Source: Eledone cirrhosa (lineage: Eukaryota). From it: 64,000 nt of DNA. The stretch's first letter is position 1; each line of letters begins with the position of its first letter. The notes beneath the pieces were generated by a model that made no database searches, was not told the DNA's origin, and saw only the letters and a program-made list of their open reading frames with translations. Location of the stretch: assembly GCA_964016885.1 (NCBI GenBank), contig OZ024753.1, positions 45,570,001 through 45,634,000 of the forward strand, given 5' to 3'. Both the position numbers and the translations under genes were made by a program. Shown in pieces: positions 13,253 to 27,254 of this stretch.

Positions 13253-13771
13253 ATGTGTCAAAATAGTACTACAGCTCTATATATACTCCCCTACCACCAA
13301 CCCTATCTCATCATCTGTCAAATCTCTATTATTCTTTACAGCCACCATCGTTATCTCCCCTTCTATCATATCTCTCTCCATATATATAGCGCTGCAGCTC
13401 TATTTATCCCTGTCATCTACTCCTCCTCTAACTACCTTCCTACCTCTCTATATTACTGCACCAATACCATTCCTCAGTCTCCTTACACTTCTCTCTCACT
13501 CTCTCTCTCTGCCATACTATCTCTATATAGTGCAGCACCACTATTCTCTACTTGTCACCTCCCTCTACTCCTCTCATTTTCTATTAGATTTCTCTTAGTC
13601 AATGTTAAAGTGAACATAAATTACAGAAACAATACACTCCACCACCACCACCACCACAATCACCACCATCACCACCATCACCACCATCACCACCACCACC
13701 ATCGCCACCACCACCACTACCACCACCACAATCACCACCACCACAATCACCACCACCACCACTACCACAAT

Positions 13772-13836
13772 ACCTACTCGTGAGAATCGAACTCACGACC
13801 TTAAATTCTTAAGCCGAATATCCTAACCACAAATAC
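13772..13836 (-). mobile_element. tRNA-derived SINE head fragment
   Basis: Reverse complement tgtggttagg...gtcgtgagttcgattctcacg carries an A-box remnant, a B-box and a T-stem. Confidence 0.5.
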
Positions 13837-13961
13837 ATGCACCATCACACACACACACCCACACACACATACACAAACCCAAACACCCATACACCCACCC
13901 ATACACACCCACACACACACATACACCCACACCCACACACACACATACACACACCCACACC

Positions 13962-13995
<34 letters not shown>

Positions 13996-14288
13996 AAAAC
14001 ATAAGCAACAAAAATGTATAAGCACATTCTCCACACTCACACGTACATACAACCCATACACGTTCACACATACATACAACCATACATACAACACATACAT
14101 ACTCACACATACATACAACCATATAACGCACACATACACACTCACACATTTAAATATATTAAAAACTCATACAAACTTATAAATCGATTCAAATATATTG
14201 GCAATACAATCATACACACACATTTGTACATACACACACATCCACTGCAACACACACATACATTTGTACATACGCACACATCCACTGC

Positions 14289-14338
<50 letters not shown>

Positions 14339-14509
14339 CACACACACTCATCACCCAGCTACTGCCACAGGTGCATACATAAAAACATGCACATACACAC
14401 GTATATGCATATAAACATTGATTCGCTTACAAACACATACACATTTCTATCAGCATTCCTAGACTCATGCATATATAGAGACGCACCACACATATATACA
14501 GACAACACT

Positions 14510-14547
<38 letters not shown>

Positions 14548-14639
14548 GACATACACATGTCCACACGTCTTAGTGTCACTTCGATCAATATTAACATTTC
14601 CTGTCATATATACTCAACAGCACCACCATACACACACAT

Positions 14640-14677
14640 ATAGTGTGTATATATATATATATATATACATATATATG

Positions 14678-14733
<56 letters not shown>

Positions 14734-14772
14734 TATGTATATATATATATATATATACATATATATGTATAT

Positions 14773-14829
<57 letters not shown>

Positions 14830-14843
14830 CATACATATAAATA

Positions 14844-14915
<72 letters not shown>

Positions 14916-14922
14916 CATACAC

Positions 14923-14971
<49 letters not shown>

Positions 14972-14978
14972 CATACAC

Positions 14979-15010
<32 letters not shown>

Positions 15011-15023
15011 TCATACATATACA

Positions 15024-15119
<96 letters not shown>

Positions 15120-15154
15120 CATACATACATATATACATACATACATATATATAT

Positions 15155-15195
<41 letters not shown>

Positions 15196-15300
15196 CATAT
15201 ATATATACATACATATATATATACACATACATATATATATATACACACATATATATATATACACACATACATATATATACATACATACATACATACATAT
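14640..15300. repeat. (TA)n/(TACA)n compound microsatellite
   Basis: Direct reading. Confidence 0.95.
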
Positions 15301-15856
15301 ATAGTATGGCACACATCTCCACACATACACGTGTACACCAGTATCAATGATAGAATTTCCTTTCATATTCACCGTATACACACATAGTTAAGTCGTAATT
15401 TTCACCCGCACTCACCACCATCACCATCTCCACCACCACAACAACAACCACCACCACCACAGCAACAACAACAGCAACAACAACCTTATCATTCTATCTA
15501 CACAATTGCAGCATACTGGTACATTCACATTTATCTTTCTACCTCTCTGTAATTCTGTCTCCGCCATTACTGTGGACTTCATCACCCCCCCCCCACACAC
15601 ACACACACACACACACCCTCACCACCACCACCACCAACACCACCACCACTATTCACACTACGTTCGGCTTTATGTGACGTTGTTGGTGACTCATACGTGC
15701 ATTATTTTATGCATTCGTGCCAGCAACATGCACACGAATGCCCATATCGACGCATATATATATATATGCATATGTAAAGACATGCACATACACATGCAAG
15801 CCCGCACAGAGGCACACAGACATACATGTATGTATATATATATATATATAGATAGA

Positions 15857-15916
<60 letters not shown>

Positions 15917-16290
15917 GACTGACACTGACTGGAGAATATAGAAAGTTTAAAGCGACCATATGTAAAACAAATTGTTATTTTCTCTCGTTCTCAACTAATC
16001 TTTTGCCAACACACACACACACACACACACACACATGCATAAACACATATATGGATGTGTGTATATAAGAATATGCAAGAATAAATACATGCATGCACAG
16101 ACATATATGCATATATACATAAGTACATACACATAGAGACATTCTTTATTATGGTTAAGCGTTGATTGAGTCTTTTACTCTGAATTTCCACCTGTGTACT
16201 CACGGGATTATCCGGTAAGAATCTTCTGGAAGTACACAGAGTATTGGGTACTCAATCGCGTCTATCAATATCACACGCATATTCACACGC

Positions 16291-16328
<38 letters not shown>

Positions 16329-16509
16329 TATGTAAAATCTCAAACTTCACATGCATTGAGTACTCCCATGATTAGTGGTCTCTTTGGTCTCAGCACCGCA
16401 GAACCTGTACATATATATATATATATATATATATCCATGTGTGTGAGAGTATATATATATATACACACATACAGAGAGAATGAGTGAGAGAGAGACAGCT
16501 TCACGTGAA

Positions 16510-16595
<86 letters not shown>

Positions 16596-17080
16596 ATGAG
16601 TAGGTGGTAGAATGTCTGTCACGTATGCCTGACTATAGATTTTTCTGCGTATTCGGTCAAATCTATATATGTTCATGTCGTTCTGACAATGACAGTTCAC
16701 ATACTGATACACACATACACACACCGTCACATATACACACACTCACACTGTCACACATTCACACACTCACACACTTGCAAAAGTTGTGCAGGTTATAAGA
16801 TCGAAAATTGAAAATCGATTACGTATGCCGTAGGTTAGCATAAATCGGCCTCGTGAAGGATAGATATTCCGAAGTTCACGTATTCTCACATGAAGACAGG
16901 TAATTTAGAAATGTCTATGTACATGTGTTGTATTGAATGTATATGTGTTGCGTGTGTGTATATGTGTTGCCTATACGTGTATATGCGTTTTCTTGTGTCT
17001 TTCTGCCGTATGTATATTGATAGAGTAAAGAGTTGGATGTTGGCATGAAACGTGCAAACATTTATGCTCAATCACTCATG

Positions 17081-17118
<38 letters not shown>

Positions 17119-17123
<5 letters not shown>

Positions 17124-17324
17124 TATGTCTAAGGCGGGTAAAATTCCCGAGATCCATGGACGAGTTCTCTCCAGCGGTCTCTGTCCCTCATTATCGCTGC
17201 CATGTCCTGCGTCTCCAACAGACCAGTGTCTGTCCTTAGGGCATCAACATACGTTAACCTTGGTCTTCCTCTTCTAGTGTGTCCATGTAGGGGCTCCCAA
17301 AGGAGCACTGAGTGCAATGTCAAC

Positions 17325-17325
<1 letters not shown>
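17119..17325 (-). mobile_element. RTE-type LINE 3' terminal fragment
   Basis: The translation LLWEPLHGHTRRGRPRLTYVDAL...MRDRDRWR matches the RTE C-terminal GRP/DR..W motifs. Short AGACAT tail, (TA)n on both sides. Confidence 0.85.
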
Positions 17326-17388
<63 letters not shown>

Positions 17389-17433
17389 TATAGATATATA
17401 TTTGTTATACTTGGGGAGGGTCATATTATAATA

Positions 17434-17538
<105 letters not shown>

Positions 17539-17949
17539 TGTGTGTATATATATATGTACATGTATGTGTATATGCATATGTGTGTTTGTCTGTGTGCTGT
17601 GTCCTTTCCAACATGGCGTAGCTCATCCCTGTCTGGATCAAAATACAGCCGGTTTCTCTGAAAGAGATGAGTGTGGAGGTAATGAATCCATTCCTGTGCT
17701 GATCGAGCGTTTATTGTATCGATCTTGGAATCATGAAACACGCTGCTATCTGAATCCAAAGCCAAGAAACTTGGAACATATCAGCGAAATCATTCAAAGA
17801 ATTCTGCTAATTCAACAGTTTTACACACTCACACTCACACTCACACTCACACCATGTAATCTTTGTTTAAATATGTCTGTCTTTAAAGAATACACTTTAA
17901 ATATTTTACCTAAAGGAAAGATCATTTATATTATGACAAAAGACGAGTA

Positions 17950-18380
17950 ACTCTCCCATTATCCCTCTCTCTCTATCTACAACTACCAAACTCTACCTCT
18001 CTATATATATACTACACAGTACTCTCTTCCAATCCCCCTCTCTGTATCAATTACCACAAAATTCTCCCCCTCTCTATATCTACTACACGGAACTCTCTTC
18101 AAATTCCTCTCTCTCTATATCAAACATCAAACTCTACTCCTCTCTATATCTAATATACAACATACTCTCCCAACCCACCTCTCTATATCAATTACCACCA
18201 AACTATCCCCCTCTCTATATATACTACACAGAGCTCTCTTCCAGTCCCCCTCTCTATATCAATTACCACCAAACTATCCCCCTCTCTATATATACTACAC
18301 ATAGCTCTCTTCCAATTCCCCTCTCTATATCAATTACCACCAAACTCTTCTCCCCTCTCTCTATATATATATCTAGCTCT
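17950..18380. repeat. Degenerate minisatellite (ctctctatatatactacaca..ctctcttcc../..caattaccaccaaact)
   Basis: Alternating subunits of about 30-35 bp, repeated. Confidence 0.8.
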
Positions 18381-18511
18381 CCCATCTGTCTCTACATAAC
18401 ATGTACATAAATTGTAGCGCATATACAAATAGATGTGTCTTGGTAGTTCGGGGAGAAAAATATAATTATTGAGGAGAGGCATGTTTCCTCTGCCCACCCT
18501 GTTCCACCGCC

Positions 18512-18548
<37 letters not shown>

Positions 18549-19021
18549 ATGTGTATGTGTTTGTGTTGCTACCAAATTCTTCCGAGATAACTGCGGGACT
18601 GCCACAGTCAGTTCTAAAAAATGTAAAAATTTTTTTTTTTTTTTTTGAAAGCCGTACAGATTTCAAATTTTCTGACAATGACATCAATCTATATACCCAA
18701 TACATGTGTACGTCTGTACATGACAAATGCTTACGAATTTCAATATCGATTATATGTTGCAAAGGTTAGAATATATTGGTAGCACGTACGATGCAGATTT
18801 CCCTGGCTGACATATTACATAAGGGAAGAAACCACACAGACTTATACATACATACACAGTAAAACATAATCACGAACATAAACACACAGACATATACATA
18901 CGAACACACGAACACGCTTACACACACACATACACACACATACATACATATATATATATATATACATACCCCCATATATATATTATATATACATACCCCC
19001 CATATATATATATACATACCC

Positions 19022-19058
<37 letters not shown>

Positions 19059-20212
19059 TATATATATATGCCCCCCCCCCCTCTATATACATTAAAGGTG
19101 TGTGTCTGCTTTCGAAGACTTTGTAATAAACTTGCTGGTGAGGCAGAACATGAAGGGCCAAATAATTATTGTAGAATTAAGAAGGTTTTTATTATTAAGG
19201 TTCTCTGTTTTTTGTTTCTAGTAATCTCAGTATACAAACCTTTATGTTCCTTGTGTTAAATCATGTGATAATGTTGAGGAATTCGGAAATAATCCTTTAC
19301 TAGGTTAGTCGTAAGCAACTTTTGTGATGTTACTTGCCAGATCTTGCACGACTTTTAATGGGTTTCCGAAACATTAATGGAGCGTTTACAATGTAACTCC
19401 AAGATTTCTTAAAATGTATTTCGAAGAAGACTTCATAATTATTAGAAAACTCTAAAAAAAAAATCAAAAAACATCTACGTTGTCTTCATTATTACCGCAC
19501 TTTACGTTTTTTTCTGTATCCCTCTCTTCTACTATTTCATCCTTTCTTCCTTTCAAGTTCTTTATAATTCTTCATTCTGTAAATACGCTTTCTTTCATTT
19601 CTCTCCATCATAGTTAAGTGATCTTAAAATCTATTCAAAAGAAGACTGAGATAAAAAAAAAATGTATTCCCCCTCCGCTATGAATTCCCTCTCCTCATAG
19701 CTACAGAATGAACCTAAATTTTTCTATAAATTTTGTATAGAATTTACCATGATATTTTACCTGAGACATATTTGATTTTTATGGTATTTTGTATATTTTG
19801 TATGTTATCTTCTCTCAATATATCTTACTCTTACTCTTTTTTGTTTTGTTTTTATTCTATTTTCTTTTATAACAAACATTCTCTCGTTCTCATCCCCTAT
19901 ACCTGCTACAACATGCTATCATTAAGCAATATATACATTTAATCCAGTTGTGCTATTTTCTGGTTTTCTCTTAATCGCAAATATGATTTGGAAATAATGA
20001 TAGTGTTAATATAACCCAGAAGGTCTGACGAAACTATATCTAAAATTGTCTTGAACATTAAACTGGAGAATAGAAATTATGACAATAATTTGAAACTATT
20101 TCGCCTCGCCAACACGTATCACCATTCCTTGCCAAAACTGACGTTTAAGAAACTAGAAATACAACTTTCCTATGAATCTTTGTTGCATCATTTTATCTAA
20201 TCTCAACTCACT

Positions 20213-20273
<61 letters not shown>

Positions 20274-20520
20274 ATATGTATATTTATATGAATTAAGGCA
20301 TTCTAACCTACACTGTAAATATCCAATGCAACCGTTAGGTACCCTGCCACTTTCCATCCAATGAATGTCACCCTCTCTTAATTTCCAATGGACCTGTACA
20401 ACATTATTACACACCCAGCATCGTTCTCACAAACCGTCTATGTTAACATTTTAGCACCTTAACGTTATCTCTCAACCTCCTCATTATATATATATATATC
20501 TATATATATATATATATATA

Positions 20521-20840
20521 TGAATAAAGTTAGCCCTTCATCAGTGATCTTCCAACTATCATTGGTATTTCATCGCTTTATATACCTCCGGTTGGTGCGA
20601 GCAACGGCTAAAAAAAGTCGTTGGGACACGTAAATAAAGGGGACACGAGTGTGTAAACAAATAAAGATGGTGAAGCAACGAAAAGTGAGGAAGAAGGAGT
20701 CAAGTCCCAACTTTCCATGAATATAAGTTCGGTGAAATTGTGAACGAGAGAGAATAAAAACCATCAAACCTGGTTGGAATGTGAGCAAGGAAGGAATTCC
20801 GTACAGGTCTAACGGGAGGAAGAAGGGATCTAGTTTGTGA
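20521..20840 (-). mobile_element. Family H3 element, single copy
   Basis: Homologous to the arms of the 28715-29256 palindrome (cttcatcagtgatcttcca...ggttggtgcgagcaa...tgggacacgtaaa). Ends CTGATGAAGGGCTAACTTTATTCA-(TA)n. Confidence 0.8.
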
Positions 20841-20924
20841 ATATATATACGTGTGTGTCTGTATGTGTATATATTCAAACATATATTTCTCTAGAATGGT
20901 TGACTGAATAAAAACGTGCTTCTT

Positions 20925-21080
20925 CTCAAAAAGGTTTTTCGTCCCTTCTTCTTCTCCCTATCAATCTTTCTATTTCATCTTTTATTTTTCATTTTGATGA
21001 AGGACTTGTGACCTAAACGTAAAAACATTTTTCCTATTACATCAATTGTTAAACTAATATATATCTTAACTGTACCGTTT
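20925..21080 (+). mobile_element. Family H1 pLTR fragment with degenerate HHR
   Basis: TTGATGAAGGACTTGTGACCTAAACGTA followed by a tail resembling 2170-2226. Confidence 0.55.
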
Positions 21081-21089
21081 CAACACTAC

Positions 21090-21490
21090 TCAACAAGTGG
21101 TTTGTGCTGAGCAGATGCTTATCTTTATCTTAACAAACATGAATTGGCCTCTCCGCATCACATATGACTTGTATCGAAGGTTCTCATGTACAATTCTTCC
21201 AATAATGTGCCTTGAAACCTTGAATTCCTTCTCAATGCTGCTAATTGACTTTCTGGAGTTCTTATCGATAATTTTCTGCACTTACCGTGAAAATTTGGTT
21301 CTTCTGATCAAATTAGGACTCTTAGCAGGTGTTTTGCGTTTTCTACTGCTTTAGAATACCCGTCAGCGGTTTCAAGTTCTTTGCTAACTTTCCCAACAAA
21401 CTACTGTACAACTTTGTGAAAGAGAAATCTCTATATTCGGTTTTTAAGGCACCGATTAAACGTGTCTTTTCATTTGTTGAGTTAGCTTAT
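21090..21490 (-). pseudogene. Tc1/mariner transposase N-terminal (HTH) remnant
   Basis: KIIDKNSRKSISSIEKEFKVSRHIIGRIVHENLRYKSYVMRRGQ matches the second HTH of mariner-like transposases. The reading frame is broken. Confidence 0.75.
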
Positions 21491-22499
21491 GTCTTTCGTT
21501 ATTTATCTGAAACGAAAGTAGTTAGAAAGAAGGTAAAGCTATTAAAAGACCTCTCCTCGGAGTCCTGAGCAATAGTGTATAGACATGTGTGTAGGTCAGT
21601 ACGTGTGTGTATGTGTGTGTGTTTGTGTGTCCTTGTGTTTGTGTATATATATATGTGTGTGTGGTTGTGCACACCACGTCTAAAAGAGGTAGCAGGGAAA
21701 TCTAAAATATAATATTGTTTTAATCGACATAGAGAGTGAAGTGATGGGGAAAAAAAGAACCATGAAATCGAAAGAACAAAACTAAAGACAATAAGAAGCA
21801 GGAAGACAATGGGTGAACACAAGTTAATACTGAGCTTTACGGGGAAATTCCACGTAAATTACAGAAGAAATAACATCAGAAGGACATAATATTTTAGGAT
21901 AAAACTACTATATTATTTTAAATTAAATATTGTTATACTATAAGTTTATATTTATTTATCTTTATTATAACTTAGTCAAACATAGAGAAAAACAAAGCAG
22001 TATTGGAAAGGACTATAAATGCCATAAACGAGAAGAAAAGGAGAGGAAGAGCAAGAACTAATAGAGATAGGAAAGTGTTATATCAATATAAATAAATATA
22101 TATATAGAGAGAGAGAGATTACAATAATCAAAGTTCAGTTTAAATCATTTATTTGCTTACAATTGTTTCCTCCAAACAATAATAAGATAGTAATGAATGA
22201 CTATCTTTCACTATTTGGGGTTTGTATAAAAAATATATAACCATAAAAGGTTTTATTATATACATAACCATAAATAGTATCCTTAATACTATATATATTA
22301 TTTACTAAAATAACTTAGTTAATATCGCCGCCACTTTTCCTTCAACCTTTCCCCATCATACAGGAGTGAAGATTTGTTAACAATCAGAATACATTATTGG
22401 TTGTGTCGTTGGTTGACTAGATTGTTGGCTGGCAGGTCGGTTGGCTGGCTTGTTAGTTGCATTCCAGCTAACACCAAAGCAGTGGCCTATTTTTGTTGC

Positions 22500-22615
22500 T
22501 GATGACGACGACGTCACAGCGTTGGTGACGTCACCGTTGTCATTTGGTGAGCGGCGAATTCCTCCTTACAACTGTCATCCATTCTTTTCTTCACATGCCG
22601 GCGACTGCGCGTGCT
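22500..22615. promoter_or_regulatory. CpG-rich patch with CRE palindrome
   Basis: GGTGACGTCACC (TGACGTCA at 22526-22533) and GACGTCA at 22510-22516, with locally high CpG in an AT-rich background. Confidence 0.3.
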
Positions 22616-22659
22616 TGTTGTCTATGTGTGAATGTGTGTGGGAGTGTATACATGTGTGT

Positions 22660-22860
22660 GTGCGTGTGTCTGTAAGTGTGCCTATGCGTGTGTCTGTAAG
22701 TGTGCCTATGCATGTGTCTGTAAGGGTGCTTATGCGTGTGCCTGTAAATGTGCCTATACGTGTGTGTCTGTAAGTGTGCTTATACGTGTGTGTCTATAAG
22801 TGTGCCTATACGTGTGTCTTTGCGTGTGTCTGTAAGTGTCCCTATGCGCGTGCCTATGTG
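22660..22860. repeat. About 24-bp minisatellite (gtgtgcctatgcgtgtgtctgtaa)
   Basis: Direct reading. Confidence 0.8.
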
Positions 22861-23240
22861 TGTGTGTTTCTGCGCGTGGCTGTGCGTGTGTTTGTGTGTG
22901 TGACTGCTCACGTGTCTGTGTGCTTGTGCGTGCCTATGTTCCGAAAGATCACCTGTGTGTGACAGTGTATCTGTATTTGTGGATATGTAACTGTGTGTGT
23001 GTGTGTGTGCAACTTTCCCTGAAACATCTGCATGTGATTCTGTGTGTGTTCAGGTATTTCTCTCTCTTCGCGAGCGTGTGTGTCTATCTAGGTACTGCGA
23101 GTCTAAGTAGATACGTGTGTGTCTATGTAGGTGCGCCTGTATCTATGTAGATACGTGAGTCTATGTGTGTGTTAGTATTTTTCAGAATGTAGCTTTGTTG
23201 TTATACTATATTTGCGGGTGTTTCGAGAAATTTCCTTTGT

Positions 23241-24694
23241 CTTTCCGTGGTATACATTTATAATTCTAGGTGAGTGGAGGACTGTACCTGGGTTTCTTTC
23301 TGAGGTAATGCATTTATAATTCTAGGTGAGTGGAGGACTGTACCTGGGTTTCTTTCTGAGGTAATGCATTTATAATTCTAGGTGAGTGGAGGACTGTACC
23401 TGGGTTTCTTTCTGAGGTAATGCATTTATAATTCTAGGTGAGTGGAGGACTGTACCTGGGTTTCTTTCTGAGGTAATGCATTTATAATTCTAGGTGAGTG
23501 GAGGACTGTACCTGGGTTTCTTTCTGAGGTAATGCATTTATAATTCTAGGTGAGTGGAGGACTGTACCTGGGTTTCTTTCTGAGGTAATGCATTTATAAT
23601 TCTAGGTGAGTGGAGGACTTACCTGGGTTTCTTTCTGAGGTAATGCATTTATAATTCTAGGTGAGTGGAGGACTGTACCTGGGTTTCTTTCTGAGGTAAT
23701 GCATTTATAATTCTAGGTGAGTGGAGGACTGTACCTGGGTTTCTTTCTGAGGTAATGCATTTATAATTCTAGGTGAGTGGAGGACTGTACCTGGGTTTCT
23801 TTCTGAGGTAATGCATTTATAATTCTAGGTGAGTGGAGGACTGTACCTGGGTTTCTTTCTGAGGTAATGCATTTATAATTCTAGGTGAGTGGAGGACTGT
23901 ACCTGGGTTTCTTTCTGAGGTAATGCATTTATAATTCTAGGTGAGTGGAGGACTGTACCTGGGTTTCTTTCCGTGGTAATGCATTTATAATTCTAGGTGA
24001 GTGGAGGACTGTACCTGGGTTTCTTTCTGAGGTAATGCATTTATAATTCTAGGTGAGTGGAGGACTGTACCTGGGTTTCTTTCCGTGGTAATGCATTTAT
24101 AATTCTAGGTGAGTGGAGGACTGTACCTGGGTTTCTTTCTGAGGTAATGCATTTATAATTCTAGGTGAGTGGAGGACTGTACCTGGGTTTCTTTCCGTGG
24201 TAATGCATTTATAATTCTAGGTGAGTGGAGGACTGTACCTGGGTTTCTTTCTGAGGTAATGCATTTATAATTCTAGGTGAGTGGAGGACTGTACCTGGGT
24301 TTCTTTCTGAGGTAATGCATTTATAATTCTAGGTGAGTGGAGGACTTACCTGGGTTTCTTTCTGAGGTAATGCATTTATAATTTTAGGTGAGTGGAGGAC
24401 TGTACCTGGGTTTCTTTCCGTGGTAATACATTTATAATTCTAGGTGAGTGGAGGACTGTACCTGGGTTTCTTTCTGAGGTAATGCATTTATAAGTCTAGG
24501 TGAGTGGAGGACTGTACCTGGGTTTCTTTCCGTGGTAATACATTTATAATTCTAGGTGAGTGGAGGACTGTACCTGGGTTTCTTTCCGTGGTAATGCATT
24601 TATAATTCTAGGTGAGTGGAGGACTGTACCTGGGTTTCTTTCTGAGGTAATGCATTTATAATTCTAGGTGAGTGGAGGTTGTACCTGAGTTTCT
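23241..24694. repeat. 56-bp tandem array, about 26 copies
   Basis: Unit GGTGAGTGGAGGACTGTACCTGGGTTTCTTTCTGAGGTAATGCATTTATAATTCTA. Variants are CCGTGG for CTGAGG and a 1-bp deletion giving GACTTACC. Confidence 0.97.
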
Positions 24695-25109
24695 TGTAAA
24701 AATATACAAACGAATAAAATAATTTTATTCAATAATATTTTTTAAATTATTAAAACTATTTTCACATTCCTTTAAACACGTGTTCCGATTTTATAGGAAT
24801 GTATAACATGTGTAATTGACTTCAAATTGTGAAAATAACTATTATTTTTTTAGTGCATACCTGCACATATATATGTAAATATGTATGTATAAACTCGTAT
24901 AAGCGTCTTATGAAAGGTCACTAATTCCATGCCTCTTGTATTCGGAAGGTATTATCAAATTTGGGCCTTGAAACCTTGAGTATAGCTTTTGTCCCGTGTA
25001 TGGACATACATACATATCCCCAAACAAATGTTGTATGGAGAACTGGTACATTGAGTGAAATTTACTCTGATCTGTGACACCTTCTATTCTATGAACTATG
25101 AACACATCG

Positions 25110-25275
25110 TATTTATATCTATATCGTGTCTATATCTACCATAACATCATGTATATATCTACAATTATCTCGTATATATATCTACAATTATATCGTGTAT
25201 ATATCTACAATTATATCATATATATATCTACAATTATATCGTGTATATATCTACCATAAGGTCGTGTATATATTT
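25110..25275. repeat. About 22-24 bp minisatellite (tatatatctacaattatatcg)
   Basis: Direct reading. Confidence 0.75.
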
Positions 25276-27254
25276 ATAATAACAGAGGTAATTATTGTTT
25301 GTGCAAGTGCGTGTCTGTGTGTAAATACGTAAGATGTGTTTGTGGATGGTATTTATCGATACACAATATATATCGATAGAGATATTAAAGCATTCCTCTT
25401 TTATAAAAGAAAACTGTGCTTGCTTCTTGCCTGATGTGTTGCTGCATTCAATTTCACTTCTACTTTTTCTCTTCCCAATAAAACTGCATAATTTAAAGAC
25501 ACTCTACATTAGATCTCGGAGAAACTTTGCAACAAATTTATAAACAAATGAAATATATTATTATTACGGTTAGGATTGGTTTGGGAAATCCTGCACAATT
25601 TATGTATAAAATAAAGAAACGAAAATCTTAGGTAAGTCACACGTAAAATATAAATTATAGTTTACATTTCATGATATTTTAAACTGAAGGCCCCTATTTT
25701 AAACCAGAATCCCTATCTTACTCTCGTTTTATGTCCTATAATTTTGATTTCCATTTACTGGCGTTTCCAAAACATTCCTTCCCCTATATTTACCATCGTA
25801 TAATCGGACGACGGCGCGTGGCCTTGTTTGCAGAACAATTGGGTTCACGGTCGTATACTTTTAAGTTCAATTCTCAGGCGTGTTGTTTACTTTAGAAAGA
25901 TAATTTATTTTCATATTCCTATAGGTAGCTTAGTTAGTATATGTTCATTAGTGACTTCTGCTATTCTACTCCCCCACCTCTTAGCAAAGATCGTTCCTTA
26001 TGTAAATACTTATTCAGTTGGGACCAAGAAAAGGGGGAGACAGGTAATATGTAGGTAAGCATCATATAAACTGAAGCAATATATTCAATTCGTCACAGTG
26101 TAACTCATAATTTATATAATAATTATAATTTAAGAAGAAGCCACAAAAACATCCTTTCGAATTAAATCAAAATAGGTTTCTTGCTCTACACCTGTCACAA
26201 TGACCACACATTGCAGAATACGTATAATTAATAATATAATATTACAGGTAAGTTGTTAAGAATGACATGAGATTGTGAATATTACTGATGAATAATTTAC
26301 ATATTCGTCGTCTTGACCTTGGGCATTTTGTTGAAACTCTCCCTATGATTACAGAAAGCGATCAGCAGTTAGCAGAAAACAAGCTAATAAATCTAGTTGA
26401 TGATAACTGCAGCATCAACGAATATCATTACATACAAAAACTACTGAATAGGATATACAAGGATTGATTTTTAGCAGTGGAACTAGAAGAAATATGTTCT
26501 GTCGAACGAGAGTTAAACACAACAGCTTGATGAAGAAATTGTACAACATAGAATATATAGACAGTTTATAGAAACTAGAAATATTCACGTGGATCAGTTT
26601 TGTTTAATTTTTTGCTTGTGTATATAACGCAGCGAATATACAATCATTCGAGCCTGGGATTATATGCTTTGTGGTTTCTGTTCAGATTCCCTCATCGCTG
26701 AGTTCAAATCGCACCAATGTAAATTATACCTTTCATTTCTTCAAGGTAATTGTCAGAGACTTGGACGAGAAACTTTGAATTATCTATCTTGGCACATTGT
26801 AATGTTAGTTCATATTCCGGTCTCTGTGAGAACATTGAAATTAAAGGAGCCTCCCAATAATTAATTAATTATTTATGTACTTATATATTTCTACGTTGAG
26901 TCATCCTTCTTGAAGCTACACCCTGAAGAGAGTGGCTGACAAGAGTGACCTACTGAGTTACAGAAACAATGCATAGGGTCAGCTTTTAAACAGTTTCCAT
27001 CTACCACTTGTCACCCACATAGGTTGGGCGCATCGGAGGACATAGTAGCGAAGGGAAACGCGGAATAAGAAGATATTAGACATTCTAACCAGATGCAGGA
27101 ATATGTAGACGACTAATTCATCAGAGTGATTTCTCTCTGTGGTCTAGTTTAAGGGTGCAGAGGAGCAGCAGATTACAAGAAGGGGGAGCAGATGAATATG
27201 AGGAGGAAGTCGTTGATGAGAATTGTGAGAATGGGTGCTACAAAGGAAGGGCGG

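Noticed and set aside
16849-16885. HHR-like CTCGTGAAGGA..TTCCGAAG
   Set aside because: Too many core substitutions and no stem I or III.
17590-17830. Protein-like minus-strand ORF ([26 protein letters not shown]...)
   Set aside because: No recognisable family, no convincing donor site, and it runs into a microsatellite. It may be an exon or UTR but I cannot support that.
23241-24694. CRISPR-like regular array
   Set aside because: The units are contiguous and near-identical with no unique spacers, there are no cas genes, and the context is eukaryotic.
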